64,000 nucleotides of DNA from Candidatus Bipolaricaulota bacterium (GCA_021735245.1 JAIPHJ010000006.1:2610-66609), one strand, 5' to 3'. Positions 34,330-43,498 are shown, numbered from the stretch's first letter. Notes: a model not told the origin generated them from the letters alone. Numbers and translations: made by a program.

Positions 34330-35871
34330 CTAAAGTATTAACCCGATTAACGGTCTCAACACAAAATAGCCCAGCCCGGTTACGAGAACAAGAGCGATTA
34401 CGTTCAACCCTACCCCGTTTTTGACCATCTGGGGAATAGTTACGTGTCCGGTACCGAATACGATAGCGTTCGGTGGAGTCGCCACCGGAAGCATGAAAGC
34501 CCCCGATACGGCGATTATTGCCGGAACGGCGATGGTTAGAAAGTTGACGCCCATTGCGGAGGCAAGTGGAGCCAGCACCGGAAGCATCATTGCCGCCGTT
34601 CCCGTATTCGAAGTCAGCTCAGTTAGGGACACCATCAGTGCTATCGTTACGAGGAGGAAAACCAGCAAAGGCATGGTGGTAAACCAGTCCAGTTTTTCCG
34701 CCATCCAGGCTGCCAATCCTGTCTTCTCTATCGCACTGGCGAGAGCCAGGCCACCCCCAAATAGGATTAGTGTACCCCAGGGAATTTTTACTGCCCAGTC
34801 CCAGTCGAGCGCGAATTCTCCTTTACTGGCGTTTACCGGAATCAGGAAAAGCAGTATTGCCATAGCCATTCCGATAGTCGCGTCCCCGACCATTGGTAGG
34901 TAAGGGGTGATCAAGAAGCTTCTGATTATCCAGAGGAAAGCGGTTAGCGCAAAAATAATAAGCACCCGCTTCTCTCCTTTACCTATGGGACCAAGTTCCC
35001 GAAGTTTATCCTCTATCAGGTCGCTTCCTCCCGGGATTCGGTCCAGCTCTATTGGGCTGCTGATATTAGTTAAATACCACCAGGCAATCGGTAGCAGAAT
35101 TACCACGATCGGAATTCCCATTATCATCCATTCCAGGAAGGATATACTCTGGTTGAAGTTGCTCTCCCAGAAGGCTACCAGGAGTGCATTTGGAGGGGTC
35201 CCTATTATCGTACCTATGCCACCGATGCTACAGGAATAGGCTATTCCCAGCATCAGAGCTACCCCAAAGTTGGTTTGTAGCTTACCGTCTGCATTCATCT
35301 CCTCCTGGCCGGCGGAGGCGACGTAGGATACGACTGCTAAACCAATAGTAGCCATCATCATGGTTGTCGCAGTATTTGATATCCACATCGATAGAAAACC
35401 ACTGGCAACCATAAACCCGAGGATTAGTCTTTTGGGACCGGTACCTATTGTCCTGATAATGTAAAGCGCAATTCGTTTGTGTAAATCCCACTTCTGCATT
35501 GCCACGGCAATAAGGAAACCTCCCATGAACAGAAATATTAGCCTGTGGCCGTATTGAGAAGCGACTTCACCCGAATCCATTATCCCAAAGGAAGGAAAAA
35601 GGACTAAAGGCAGAAGTGACACGGCAGGTATGGGAAGCGCCTCGCTTACCCACCAGGATGCCATCAATACGGCAATAGCAAGAGTCCTTTTTGCCGCGGG
35701 GCTGTGTATCTCGAAAGGTAAAAACAGGATCAGTCCAAAAAAAATCAACCCTGAGACCAATCCAATTCGCTGTCTTAGGTTATACTTATCGTTAGATTCC
35801 TCATCTTTTATCAAAATCGAATCACCAGTATGTAGAGTATATTTTCCCCAGGAGCCTTTGTTGTCGGACAA
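34330..35871 (-). CDS. DASS/SLC13-family sodium:dicarboxylate (or sulfate) symporter
   Basis: 513 aa, polytopic, with the two hairpin-tip SNT motifs (WISNTATTMMM and LTSNTGTAAMMLP). Confidence 0.85.
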   Translation of the reverse strand: MSDNKGSWGKYTLHTGDSILIKDEESNDKYNLRQRIGLVSGLIFFGLILFLPFEIHSPAAKRTLAIAVLMASWWVSEALPIPAVSLLPLVLFPSFGIMDSGEVASQYGHRLIFLFMGGFLIAVAMQKWDLHKRIALYIIRTIGTGPKRLILGFMVASGFLSMWISNTATTMMMATIGLAVVSYVASAGQEEMNADGKLQTNFGVALMLGIAYSCSIGGIGTIIGTPPNALLVAFWESNFNQSISFLEWMIMGIPIVVILLPIAWWYLTNISSPIELDRIPGGSDLIEDKLRELGPIGKGEKRVLIIFALTAFLWIIRSFLITPYLPMVGDATIGMAMAILLFLIPVNASKGEFALDWDWAVKIPWGTLILFGGGLALASAIEKTGLAAWMAEKLDWFTTMPLLVFLLVTIALMVSLTELTSNTGTAAMMLPVLAPLASAMGVNFLTIAVPAIIAVSGAFMLPVATPPNAIVFGTGHVTIPQMVKNGVGLNVIALVLVTGLGYFVLRPLIGLIL

Positions 35872-36022
35872 TTATTACTCTCTCGAACTTATTACCAGCC
35901 TGCAAAACGAAGTATCGTAAAAGCCGGGTCCCGGATGACGAGTAAGGCCCCAGGATATCAAGATGATAGCAAACGTCACCGGGAATTTGTAGCGTTTGTT
36001 AAACTGCTAACTCGGGGTTAGG

Positions 36023-36613
36023 TTAAAGCTTTTCCAGTTCTTTTTGGAGGTTTTGGTCTATCTCTTCTGAAATATCCCTGTGGATGGACTCCCCCGTTGA
36101 ATCCATCGTTACGAGTAACGGTCCGAATTCTTTTACTCTTAACACCCAGACCGCTTCCGGTACCCCCAATTCTTCTAGATAATGAACGTCTTCGACTTCC
36201 TCGACCGAGCCGGCCATCAGTGATCCGGCTCCTCCCGTAAAGTGGGCGTAAACCCCTCCGTGCTGAACCAGTGCTTCAGATGTCTTTTCACCCATGCCGC
36301 CTTTGCCTACGAAAATCTTCGTCCCGTACTCCTCCATGAACTCGTCTTCGAAGATCTCCATCCTGATGCTTGTTGTTGGACCGGCGGAAACGACCTGCCA
36401 GCTTTCGCCTCGTTTTTTCATTACCGGACCGCAATGAAAGCAGGGATAAGCCGAAAGGTCGAATGGAGCCTCTTTCCCTTTTTTCGCGAGGTCGAGTAAT
36501 TTCTCGTGAGCCGCGTCTCGGGCGGTAAATATCTTGCCCGTAACCTTGAACGGTTCGTTTACCCGGAGATCGGCTACTTCTTCTGGTTTCAAAGGCGTCT
36601 CGAGTATTTTCAT
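36023..36613 (-). CDS. Class I (Fe-S) fumarate hydratase / tartrate dehydratase, beta subunit
   Basis: The track ORF 36023-36679 over-extends. The start is taken at ATG 36613 (MKILETPLKPEEVADL), which overlaps the alpha-subunit stop as ATGA. Motif GKIFTARDAAHEKL. Confidence 0.85.
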   Translation of the reverse strand: MKILETPLKPEEVADLRVNEPFKVTGKIFTARDAAHEKLLDLAKKGKEAPFDLSAYPCFHCGPVMKKRGESWQVVSAGPTTSIRMEIFEDEFMEEYGTKIFVGKGGMGEKTSEALVQHGGVYAHFTGGAGSLMAGSVEEVEDVHYLEELGVPEAVWVLRVKEFGPLLVTMDSTGESIHRDISEEIDQNLQKELEKL

Positions 36614-37494
36614 CTTTCCACCTCCACGATATCTCCTTCCGGGGTTATTCGGAACGAGGTACGCCTGTTTGCCCAGCACTGTGGCGTTATACCCACGGGA
36701 TAGGAGGCTGGGTGTCTGTGGTCGTATTCGATCTTTACGTCCAGAACTGTCGTCTCCCCTCCGACCCCCATCGGCCCTACGCCGAGATTATTTGCTCTTT
36801 GCTTTAGCTCCTCTTCCAGATCCGCTATTTCCTCGTCTTCACGCCGTACACCCACCGGTCTTAATAGAGATTTCTTTGCCAAACTCATCGCTATGGACGC
36901 CGATCCTCCCAGCCCGATTCCGACGACGGTCGGCGGACAGGGCTTCCCTTCCATGGAAGCAATTCTCTTCAGGACCAGCTCCTTTACGCCCTCCAATCCT
37001 TTACCCGGAGTCATCATAGTTAGCTGACTCATGTTCGTACTACCCCCGCCCTTCGGGAGGTATGTAACCCTGAGGTCGGTCCCGTCGGTGATATTCCAGT
37101 TTATCCAGGGGATTGAGCGTCCCGTATTGTCGCCGGGATTCTCTCCGGAGATAGGATGGACAGTATTCGGGCGAATGGGGACTTCTTCGGTGGCGAGCTG
37201 GACGGCCCTCCTGACAGCCTCCTTGATTTCGTCCAGTTGATCGATAGCCGGGTAGTCGGCCCCCAGTTGAACGTAAAAAGTGGGTGTGCCGGTATCCTGA
37301 CATATCGGTATCTCTTCTCTCCGGCCGATATCCACGGCCTCCAGTATCGCGTCCAGCTGGACCCGGGCGCCGTCATCCTCCTTCTCTCGTGCGTCTTTTA
37401 GCGCTGCCAGCGTCGGTTCCGGGAGCGTGGTGACCGACGTTTTAATCGGATCGACCAAATCCCGGGCGAGACTCTCCGGATTCATATCTTTCAC
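36610..37494 (-). CDS. Class I (Fe-S) fumarate hydratase / tartrate dehydratase, alpha subunit
   Basis: 294 aa. CQDTGTPTFYVQLG motif and Cys ligands typical of Fe-S hydro-lyase alpha subunits. Confidence 0.85.
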   Translation of the reverse strand: MKDMNPESLARDLVDPIKTSVTTLPEPTLAALKDAREKEDDGARVQLDAILEAVDIGRREEIPICQDTGTPTFYVQLGADYPAIDQLDEIKEAVRRAVQLATEEVPIRPNTVHPISGENPGDNTGRSIPWINWNITDGTDLRVTYLPKGGGSTNMSQLTMMTPGKGLEGVKELVLKRIASMEGKPCPPTVVGIGLGGSASIAMSLAKKSLLRPVGVRREDEEIADLEEELKQRANNLGVGPMGVGGETTVLDVKIEYDHRHPASYPVGITPQCWANRRTSFRITPEGDIVEVER

Positions 37495-37645
37495 CTCAGG
37501 TATTTTCTGTAATTTTCCATTTTTTAATTATTTTTTTGAAACTTCCCGGTTATTTACTATAACTTGTACTAACAATATTCAAGTAGTTCTTGTTGACCGT
37601 TCGGAAAAAATCCTTTTCAGTCGAAACTGAAGGTTGAAGCCGAAC

Positions 37646-37726
37646 GAGCACGGTTCCACTCTTTCCTCGGTCCTTGCTTTCACACTCCGGGCTTCCCGGA
37701 CCGAGAAATTTCCGACTCGCGTGCTC
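37646..37726. other. Nested three-tier stem structure in the malic enzyme / fumarase spacer
   Basis: Outer stem GAGCACG (37646-52) / CGTGCTC (37720-26). Middle stem CTCGGTCC (37666-73) / GGACCGAG (37698-705). Inner stem CCGGG-ctt-CCCGG (37687-99). Confidence 0.5.
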
Positions 37727-37799
37727 AAACTGTTCTCTTCATGGTAGTGGTTCTCACTACAGGAAGTATTACCCATAAATATTTAATCTCATTCAATTA

Positions 37800-37866
37800 T
37801 AGACATATCCCTCCCTGGAATTACCTGATGCAAGCCTCAGGTAATTCCAGGTTCGGTTAGACATAT
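37800..37866. repeat. Perfect 14-bp hairpin flanked by 9-bp direct repeats (miniature insertion-like element)
   Basis: TAGACATAT (37800-08) .. CTGGAATTACCTGA (37815-28) tgcaagcc TCAGGTAATTCCAG (37837-50) .. TAGACATAT (37858-66). Confidence 0.7.
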
Positions 37867-37949
37867 GCGCCGCTTCGCTGGAATTTTCTCGGTCCGAAAC
37901 CCTCCTCTTGCATCTCAAAAAGCGGGTCGAGCCCCCATCTACTTAATTT

Positions 37950-37977
37950 TAGCAGGCCGGGCCCCCGTGCCCGGTCG
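37950..37977 (-). repeat. Family-B GC-rich hairpin repeat, copy C (minus orientation)
   Basis: The reverse complement CGACCGGGCACGGGGGCCCGGCCTGCTA matches the core CG-N-CCGGGC-R-CGGGG-R-CCCGG-S-CTGCTA seen at 59288 and 60775. Confidence 0.7.
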
Positions 37978-38058
37978 ATAGTTTCGATACCGACCTTCCG
38001 CGCGGACAATGGGAGCCCGCGCTGGTACTGGGACTTAAGTCAATCTCAAAGAAAAGCT

Positions 38059-39414
38059 TTATTCCTCCGGTGGTTCCTCGATCAGTCCCTCTTCCATGGC
38101 ACTCTGGGTCCACTTTCGCGCCTTTTCGATCCTGGATCGGGCGGATTCTTCCAGCTCTTTCTTGGTCAGTTCGTTCCGGGCAATCCCCTGTTCGATTGCT
38201 TTCTGACCAACCGCAACAGCCTGGTTGATAAAGACCTCCCACTCGTCCATCGTGGGTACCACGTAATCTTCCCGGAGGCCCTTCTCCCGAGCTGTCTCTG
38301 CTATGGCGTGAGCCGCAGCTATTGCCATTTCGTCAGTGATGGTCTTTGCATTTACGTCTAAAGTACCGCGGAAGATCCCGGGGAAGCCAATGGAGTTATT
38401 GATCTGGTTTGGAAAGTCCGATCTACCGGTTCCGACGATCCGTGCCCCGGCTTCTTTCGCCTTCCAGGGCCATATTTCCGGAACTGGATTCGCGACGACG
38501 AAGACGATCGCGTCGTCGTTCATCTTTTCTATCCATTCCTTTTTCAACGTGTCCGGTCCCGGTGCGGAAGCGGCAACCAGTACGTCCGTATCGCGAATTG
38601 TTTCTTCCAGACCTCCGGTTCGCCCCTCGCCATTTGTCTTCTTTGCCAGGTCCCACTTGTAAGGGTTGTAGTCCTTGTTTTTCTCGAGATCTTCCCTGCC
38701 TTCGTGAAGGATTCCGGTGCTGTCGGAGATGATTACGTTTTTAGGCGGAACACCTGCAGTAAACATTACCCTGGTTAGCGCGACGTTTGCCGCACCGGCT
38801 CCTATGATAGAGTAAGTTGCCTCTTCCAGGTCTTTACCCACGATTTCGAGCGAATTAATTATTCCGGCCAGTTCTATGGAAGCGGTTCCCTGCTGGTCGT
38901 CGTGCCAGACCGGGATGGTCATCTCTTCTCGTAACGTGTCCAGTATCTCGAAACACTTGGGATTTGCGAAGTCTTCCAGATTAATACCGCCGAAGGAAGG
39001 TTCGAGAATCTTTACCGTTCTAATTATCTCCTCCGGGTCCTCCGTGTCCAGAGTAATTGGGAAGGCGTCCACACCGCCGAGGTACTTGAACAGTAGTGCC
39101 TTTCCCTCCATTACGGGCAAACCCGCCTTCGGCCCTATGTTACCCAATCCAAGGACTCTGGAGCCGTCCGAGACTACTGCGACCATGTTTGCCTTATTCG
39201 TGTGCTCGAAAACCTTTTCCGGGTCCTCGTCTATTTCCCGACACGGTTCGGCCACTCCCGGCGTGTACCAGATACCAAAATCCTCAAAACTCCTGATCGA
39301 ACACTTGGGGTTAGTCTGGATCTTTCCTTTGTAGAAAGGATGTAACCTTAGCGCATCCTCTCCCGGTTTTTCCGCCTTCTCCAGAAGCTCTTCTTCGCTA
39401 AATTCTTCGTCCAT
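38059..39414 (-). CDS. NAD(P)-dependent malic enzyme (short form)
   Basis: 451 aa. LRLHPFYKGKIQTNPKCSIRSFEDFGIWYTPGVAEPCREI and an NAD-binding region IIGAGAANVA. Confidence 0.9.
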   Translation of the reverse strand: MDEEFSEEELLEKAEKPGEDALRLHPFYKGKIQTNPKCSIRSFEDFGIWYTPGVAEPCREIDEDPEKVFEHTNKANMVAVVSDGSRVLGLGNIGPKAGLPVMEGKALLFKYLGGVDAFPITLDTEDPEEIIRTVKILEPSFGGINLEDFANPKCFEILDTLREEMTIPVWHDDQQGTASIELAGIINSLEIVGKDLEEATYSIIGAGAANVALTRVMFTAGVPPKNVIISDSTGILHEGREDLEKNKDYNPYKWDLAKKTNGEGRTGGLEETIRDTDVLVAASAPGPDTLKKEWIEKMNDDAIVFVVANPVPEIWPWKAKEAGARIVGTGRSDFPNQINNSIGFPGIFRGTLDVNAKTITDEMAIAAAHAIAETAREKGLREDYVVPTMDEWEVFINQAVAVGQKAIEQGIARNELTKKELEESARSRIEKARKWTQSAMEEGLIEEPPEE

Positions 39415-39444
39415 GGCTTTACCTCCTTTACTATTTTTTACGCT

Positions 39445-39522
39445 TCACCAAAACTTGCCGAGGAAGCCCCAGGGCGACCCCCGGGGAGGAATTGTCCGGG
39501 TGCGGGGTTGTAGTTATTGACT
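39445..39522. repeat. Family-A repeat, copy 2 (78-bp mini version lacking the inverted-repeat core)
   Basis: TCACCAAAACTTGCCGAGGAAG-CCCCAGGGCGACCCCCGGGG-AGGAATTGTCCGG..TTGACT. It fills the korB / malic-enzyme spacer, and its TTGACT overlaps the last codons of korB. Confidence 0.75.
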
Positions 39523-40380
39523 CTGCAGGTAGTCGTCTGCAACTTCGCAGTAGGTAGGTCTGTCTATGTCGACGAAATTCCCGACAACTATCTCCGCTTC
39601 CGGATCACGTTCTATTTCCGCCTCGCTCGGGTCGGATTCGTGCTTTATGACGGCTCTATTTTGGTAACTTTTCAGCTCGTCAATTCCTTCTCCGAGATCG
39701 TTCTTTCTTCCGTAACCGGTTGGACAGGGAGATAATATCTCGACAAAGGAGAAGCCTTTTTTCGAGAGAGCGTCTTCCATAGCTTGCTGGATCCTTCTGG
39801 CGTGAACGGAAGTCCACCGGGCGACGTAAACCGCTCCCGCGGAAGCGGCCAGGTCGGGAAGGTTAAAAGGATTTTCGTAGTTGCCGTAGGGAGACGTGGT
39901 TGCAGTCGCGCCCCGTGGGGTTGTGGGACCAAATTGCCCGCCTGTCATTCCGAAGTTGTAATTGTTTACGCAGATAACCGTCATATCCAGATTACGTCTT
40001 GCTGCGTGGATAAAGTGGTTGCCGCCGATGGCAAATAGGTCCCCGTCGCCGCTGAATACGGTTACGTTCATTTCCGGGTTGGAGAGTTTTAATCCCGTGG
40101 CGAACGGTATTGCCCGTCCGTGCGTCGTGTGGTAAGAATCCGTCTCGAAATAACCCGCCGCCCTTCCGGAGCAACCTATCCCGGATACTACACCGATATC
40201 GTCTATCGGAATCTCGAGTTTCTCGTAAGCGTTCGTAAGGCTCGTCACGGCGGATCCAAGACCACAGCCGGAACACCAGATGTGCGGTAACCTTTCCTCT
40301 CTGAGGTATTTGGTTGCGGGATGTTCGGCCGACGTTAATTCTGGTTTTACTTCTTCTTTTTGCTTGAGTTCTGTCGTCAT
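39514..40380 (-). CDS. korB: 2-oxoacid:ferredoxin oxidoreductase beta (TPP-binding) subunit; 2-oxoglutarate specificity inferred from context only
   Basis: 288 aa. WCSGCG, GIGCSGR and SGDGDLFAIGGNHFIHAARRN motifs. Confidence 0.85.
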   Translation of the reverse strand: MTTELKQKEEVKPELTSAEHPATKYLREERLPHIWCSGCGLGSAVTSLTNAYEKLEIPIDDIGVVSGIGCSGRAAGYFETDSYHTTHGRAIPFATGLKLSNPEMNVTVFSGDGDLFAIGGNHFIHAARRNLDMTVICVNNYNFGMTGGQFGPTTPRGATATTSPYGNYENPFNLPDLAASAGAVYVARWTSVHARRIQQAMEDALSKKGFSFVEILSPCPTGYGRKNDLGEGIDELKSYQNRAVIKHESDPSEAEIERDPEAEIVVGNFVDIDRPTYCEVADDYLQSQ

Positions 40381-41522
40381 AACAAAGCCTCCAGGCTTTC
40401 GAGAATCTGGTCTGGTTCGTGCAAACCTCCGCCGGGATGAGGTACTAGCTTTACTTCGGCATTGCCCGCGGTTGCTCGTTCGACTTCCCTGACCATCTGT
40501 CCCAGGTTGATTTCGGGAACGACTATTCCTTTTACCTGTTTACTAAATTCTTTTATCCTGTCGTCCGGGAAGGGCCATACAGTTACCAGTCGAACTATAC
40601 CTGCCTTTATTCCCTTTTCCCTTGCTCGTTTGTATGCCCCCATAGCCGTTCTAAACGCCATCCCGTAGGATACAATCAGTACTTCGGCATCTTCTATACC
40701 TATCGTTTCGATTTCCACGATATCGTCCTTGTTCTTCTCTACCTTATCAACGAGCCTTCCGACCTTCTCTTGTTGAGTTTCTACGTCGAGCTGGGGGTAA
40801 CCCTGTTGATTGTGGGTGAGGCCGGTTACGTGAACTCTGTATCCCTCTCCTGCCGAGGCCATGTGAGGCACCAGGTCCTCGTCAGGTTCGTAAGGTTTGA
40901 ATTCGTCGGGGTCTACTTCGGGCTTCCGACGGGGATAGATTTCGACTTTGTTTTCGTCGATCTCCACCCGTTCTCGCATGTGACCGATTTTCTCGTCGGC
41001 CATCACGAAGACGGGCATCATGTACTGTTCGGCTTTGTTAAATGCCTTTACCGTGAAGTCGAACATTTCCTGGGGGGACGTGGGTGCGTAGGCGATTACT
41101 CCGTAATCTCCATGAGATCCCCATTGTGCTTGCATCATGTCTCCTTGCCCAACTGCCGTTGGTAGACCCGTGCTTGGAGAACCCCGCTGAATATTTGCGA
41201 TAACGCAGGGAGTTTCCGTCATCATACCCAGCCCTATGTTCTCCATCATTAATGAAAAACCGGGACCGGAGGTCGCGGTCATCGATCTGGATCCACCCCA
41301 GGAACCGCCGAGAACGGCGGCAATTGAACTCAGCTCGTCCTCCATCTGGATGAACCTGCCGCCGACTTCGGGCATCCTCTTCGACATCCTTTCCGCTATC
41401 TCGGACTGAGGCGTTATCGGGTATCCGGCGAAGAACCTGCAGCCAGCAGCAAGAGCCCCCTCGGCACAGGCTTCGTCACCGTTCATGAAGTGTTTACCCG
41501 TCATCATGGCTTCGTCACTCAT
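40377..41522 (-). CDS. korA: 2-oxoacid:ferredoxin oxidoreductase alpha subunit
   Basis: The track ORF (to 41582) over-extends. The start is taken at ATG 41522 (MSDEAMMTGKHFMNGDEACAEGA) behind AGGAGGGG, overlapping the korD stop by 8 nt. Confidence 0.85.
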   Translation of the reverse strand: MSDEAMMTGKHFMNGDEACAEGALAAGCRFFAGYPITPQSEIAERMSKRMPEVGGRFIQMEDELSSIAAVLGGSWGGSRSMTATSGPGFSLMMENIGLGMMTETPCVIANIQRGSPSTGLPTAVGQGDMMQAQWGSHGDYGVIAYAPTSPQEMFDFTVKAFNKAEQYMMPVFVMADEKIGHMRERVEIDENKVEIYPRRKPEVDPDEFKPYEPDEDLVPHMASAGEGYRVHVTGLTHNQQGYPQLDVETQQEKVGRLVDKVEKNKDDIVEIETIGIEDAEVLIVSYGMAFRTAMGAYKRAREKGIKAGIVRLVTVWPFPDDRIKEFSKQVKGIVVPEINLGQMVREVERATAGNAEVKLVPHPGGGLHEPDQILESLEALL

Positions 41523-41790
41523 TTGTCCCCTCCTTTTCGTCCCATATCGCGAAGTCCGGGCATATGATGCTGCAGAACCCACAGTTCACGCACTTATCTA
41601 TTGCCGTTGGTTCTGGCGGATGGTATCCCTTCTCGTTAAATCCCGCCGATTCCTCGAGTACTTCCTGAGGGCAAAATTCAATGCAGTATCCGCATCCCTT
41701 GCAGTAGTCTTCTCTTATGTAAATATATCCTTTGTCCGTAGGCCATTTTTCGGTAGCCTTTTCCTTTTCTATTTCTGTACTCATATTCAC
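41515..41790 (-). CDS. korD: 2-oxoacid:ferredoxin oxidoreductase delta subunit (2x[4Fe-4S] ferredoxin)
   Basis: 91 aa. CKGCGYCIEFCP and CVNCGFCSIICP. Confidence 0.85.
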   Translation of the reverse strand: MNMSTEIEKEKATEKWPTDKGYIYIREDYCKGCGYCIEFCPQEVLEESAGFNEKGYHPPEPTAIDKCVNCGFCSIICPDFAIWDEKEGTNE

Positions 41791-41818
41791 CCTTTAATTA
41801 AATGTAATGTAATAAGTT

Positions 41819-43498
41819 CTATAATACATCAATGGATCTAGACAGTGTCTCCTCGCCCCTGTACTCAGGAACCAGCATCGGAGACTTTCTCTTCTCGTCA
41901 ACCCCCGCATTATCGAGCTGGTCGGTGTATTTTTTGGCGTGATCCAGCGTCAGCTCGCCCCAGCCGGTCTCCCTGGCTCTCTTCGCCGCTGCGATTCCGG
42001 CACGCTTGCCAAATACGTTGTAATCCAGCAGTGAGTTCCCCATCAGTCGGTTCTTTCCGTGAACACCGCCTTCTACTTCCCCCCCGGCGAACAGACCTTC
42101 CACAGCCGTTCGTCCTTCGTCGTTTATCTCTATCCCTCCATTCTGATAGTGAAGTGTGGGGAACACTAGCAGCGGATCTTCCGTGGGATCGATTCTGAAC
42201 CGGGTGTAAAGCCTGTGGATGTAAGCGAGATTGTCTTCAAACGTTCCTTCTCCGTGTAATATGTCGATCATCGGCGTGTCGAGCCATACTCCCTTCATGC
42301 CGGTAGGCGTTTCTACCCCGTTATTTCTACCGTAGCATTCCCTGATCAATGCACCCGCCTCGACGTCTCTTGGCTCGAGGTTGTAGACGAAAGCATCTCC
42401 TTCGCGATTAACCGGTATCGCCCCGGAACCCCGAACTTTCTCAGTCACCAGCAGGCCGACGATTTGTTCGGGGAAGGCCGCGCCGGTGGGGTGGTACTGA
42501 ACTGAATCCATGTCCAGAAGGTTTGCTCCCGCCCTGTAAGCCATAACCAGGCCGTCTGCCGTTGCGCCGTAATGGTTCGTGGTCGGGAATTCCTGAATGT
42601 GTAATCGGCCAAATCCACCGGTCGCCATTACCACGGATTTTGCTCTGACGACGTAGTACTGGTCCGTTTCCAGGTTGTATAATAACGCCCCTGTGATTGT
42701 ACCGTCGGAATCGGTCAACAGCTCTACTGCCGGGGAAAATTCTACCACGGGAACGTCCCTGTTTCTCGCTTCGTCTCTTATGGTCCGCATTAGCTCCATT
42801 CCGGTGTAATCCTTTGCCGAGTGAAGTCTTTTCCTCGAAGTTCCTCCCCCGTGGAGAGTCTTCATGGAACCGTCCTCGTTCTTGTCATACATCACTCCGA
42901 GGTCCTCGTGCCAGTTCAGGATTTCCGGAGCGTCTTTGGCAAGTGCCCGGGCCAACTCCGGCTTGTTTGCGAAGTGGCCTCCACCGATTACGTCCAGGAA
43001 ATGCGCCGCCGGACTGTCGTTTTCCCTGTCGGCAGCTTGAATTCCACCCTGGGCCATCATCGAATTGGCGTCTCCGTGTCGTAACTTGGTGGCGATGAGT
43101 ACGTCCTCCGGGTCGATGCCTTCCTTGATTGCCCAGAGGGAAGCCACAGTACCTGCTCCGCCCCCGCCAATAACCAGTACGTCTACCTCGTAATCTACTT
43201 TGGTCAGGTCGACTTCCGAAGGATCGACGGCGGGATAAGCCTCCAGCAGGTCGGCAAGCTCCAGCGGCATCTCGTCGCCGCGATTGGGGCCCACCTTCAG
43301 GGACCGCATTCCCTCTTCCTTGTAATCGGGGTGGAAATTGTTCAATACCTCATCCCGTTCGTCCGGGTCCATCATGTCTACTTCCTTCTCGAGCCTTTCT
43401 TCTCGAGTTTCTTCTACCTTCTTTATGGACTCCCGCATCGATTCGGAATAAGGGTCCTCTTCTGCGCTGTCGTTACGATTCAATTTCCCGGTTCTCAT
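41819..43498 (-). CDS. Fumarate reductase/succinate dehydrogenase-type FAD flavoprotein (FrdA/TfrA-like)
   Basis: 559 aa. Dinucleotide fold VDVLVIGGGGAGTVASLWA, SVQYHPTG, and HGKNRLMGNSLLDYNVFGKRAG (compare SdhA HGANRLG.NSL). The start could alternatively be ATG 43438. Confidence 0.75.
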   Translation of the reverse strand: MRTGKLNRNDSAEEDPYSESMRESIKKVEETREERLEKEVDMMDPDERDEVLNNFHPDYKEEGMRSLKVGPNRGDEMPLELADLLEAYPAVDPSEVDLTKVDYEVDVLVIGGGGAGTVASLWAIKEGIDPEDVLIATKLRHGDANSMMAQGGIQAADRENDSPAAHFLDVIGGGHFANKPELARALAKDAPEILNWHEDLGVMYDKNEDGSMKTLHGGGTSRKRLHSAKDYTGMELMRTIRDEARNRDVPVVEFSPAVELLTDSDGTITGALLYNLETDQYYVVRAKSVVMATGGFGRLHIQEFPTTNHYGATADGLVMAYRAGANLLDMDSVQYHPTGAAFPEQIVGLLVTEKVRGSGAIPVNREGDAFVYNLEPRDVEAGALIRECYGRNNGVETPTGMKGVWLDTPMIDILHGEGTFEDNLAYIHRLYTRFRIDPTEDPLLVFPTLHYQNGGIEINDEGRTAVEGLFAGGEVEGGVHGKNRLMGNSLLDYNVFGKRAGIAAAKRARETGWGELTLDHAKKYTDQLDNAGVDEKRKSPMLVPEYRGEETLSRSIDVL

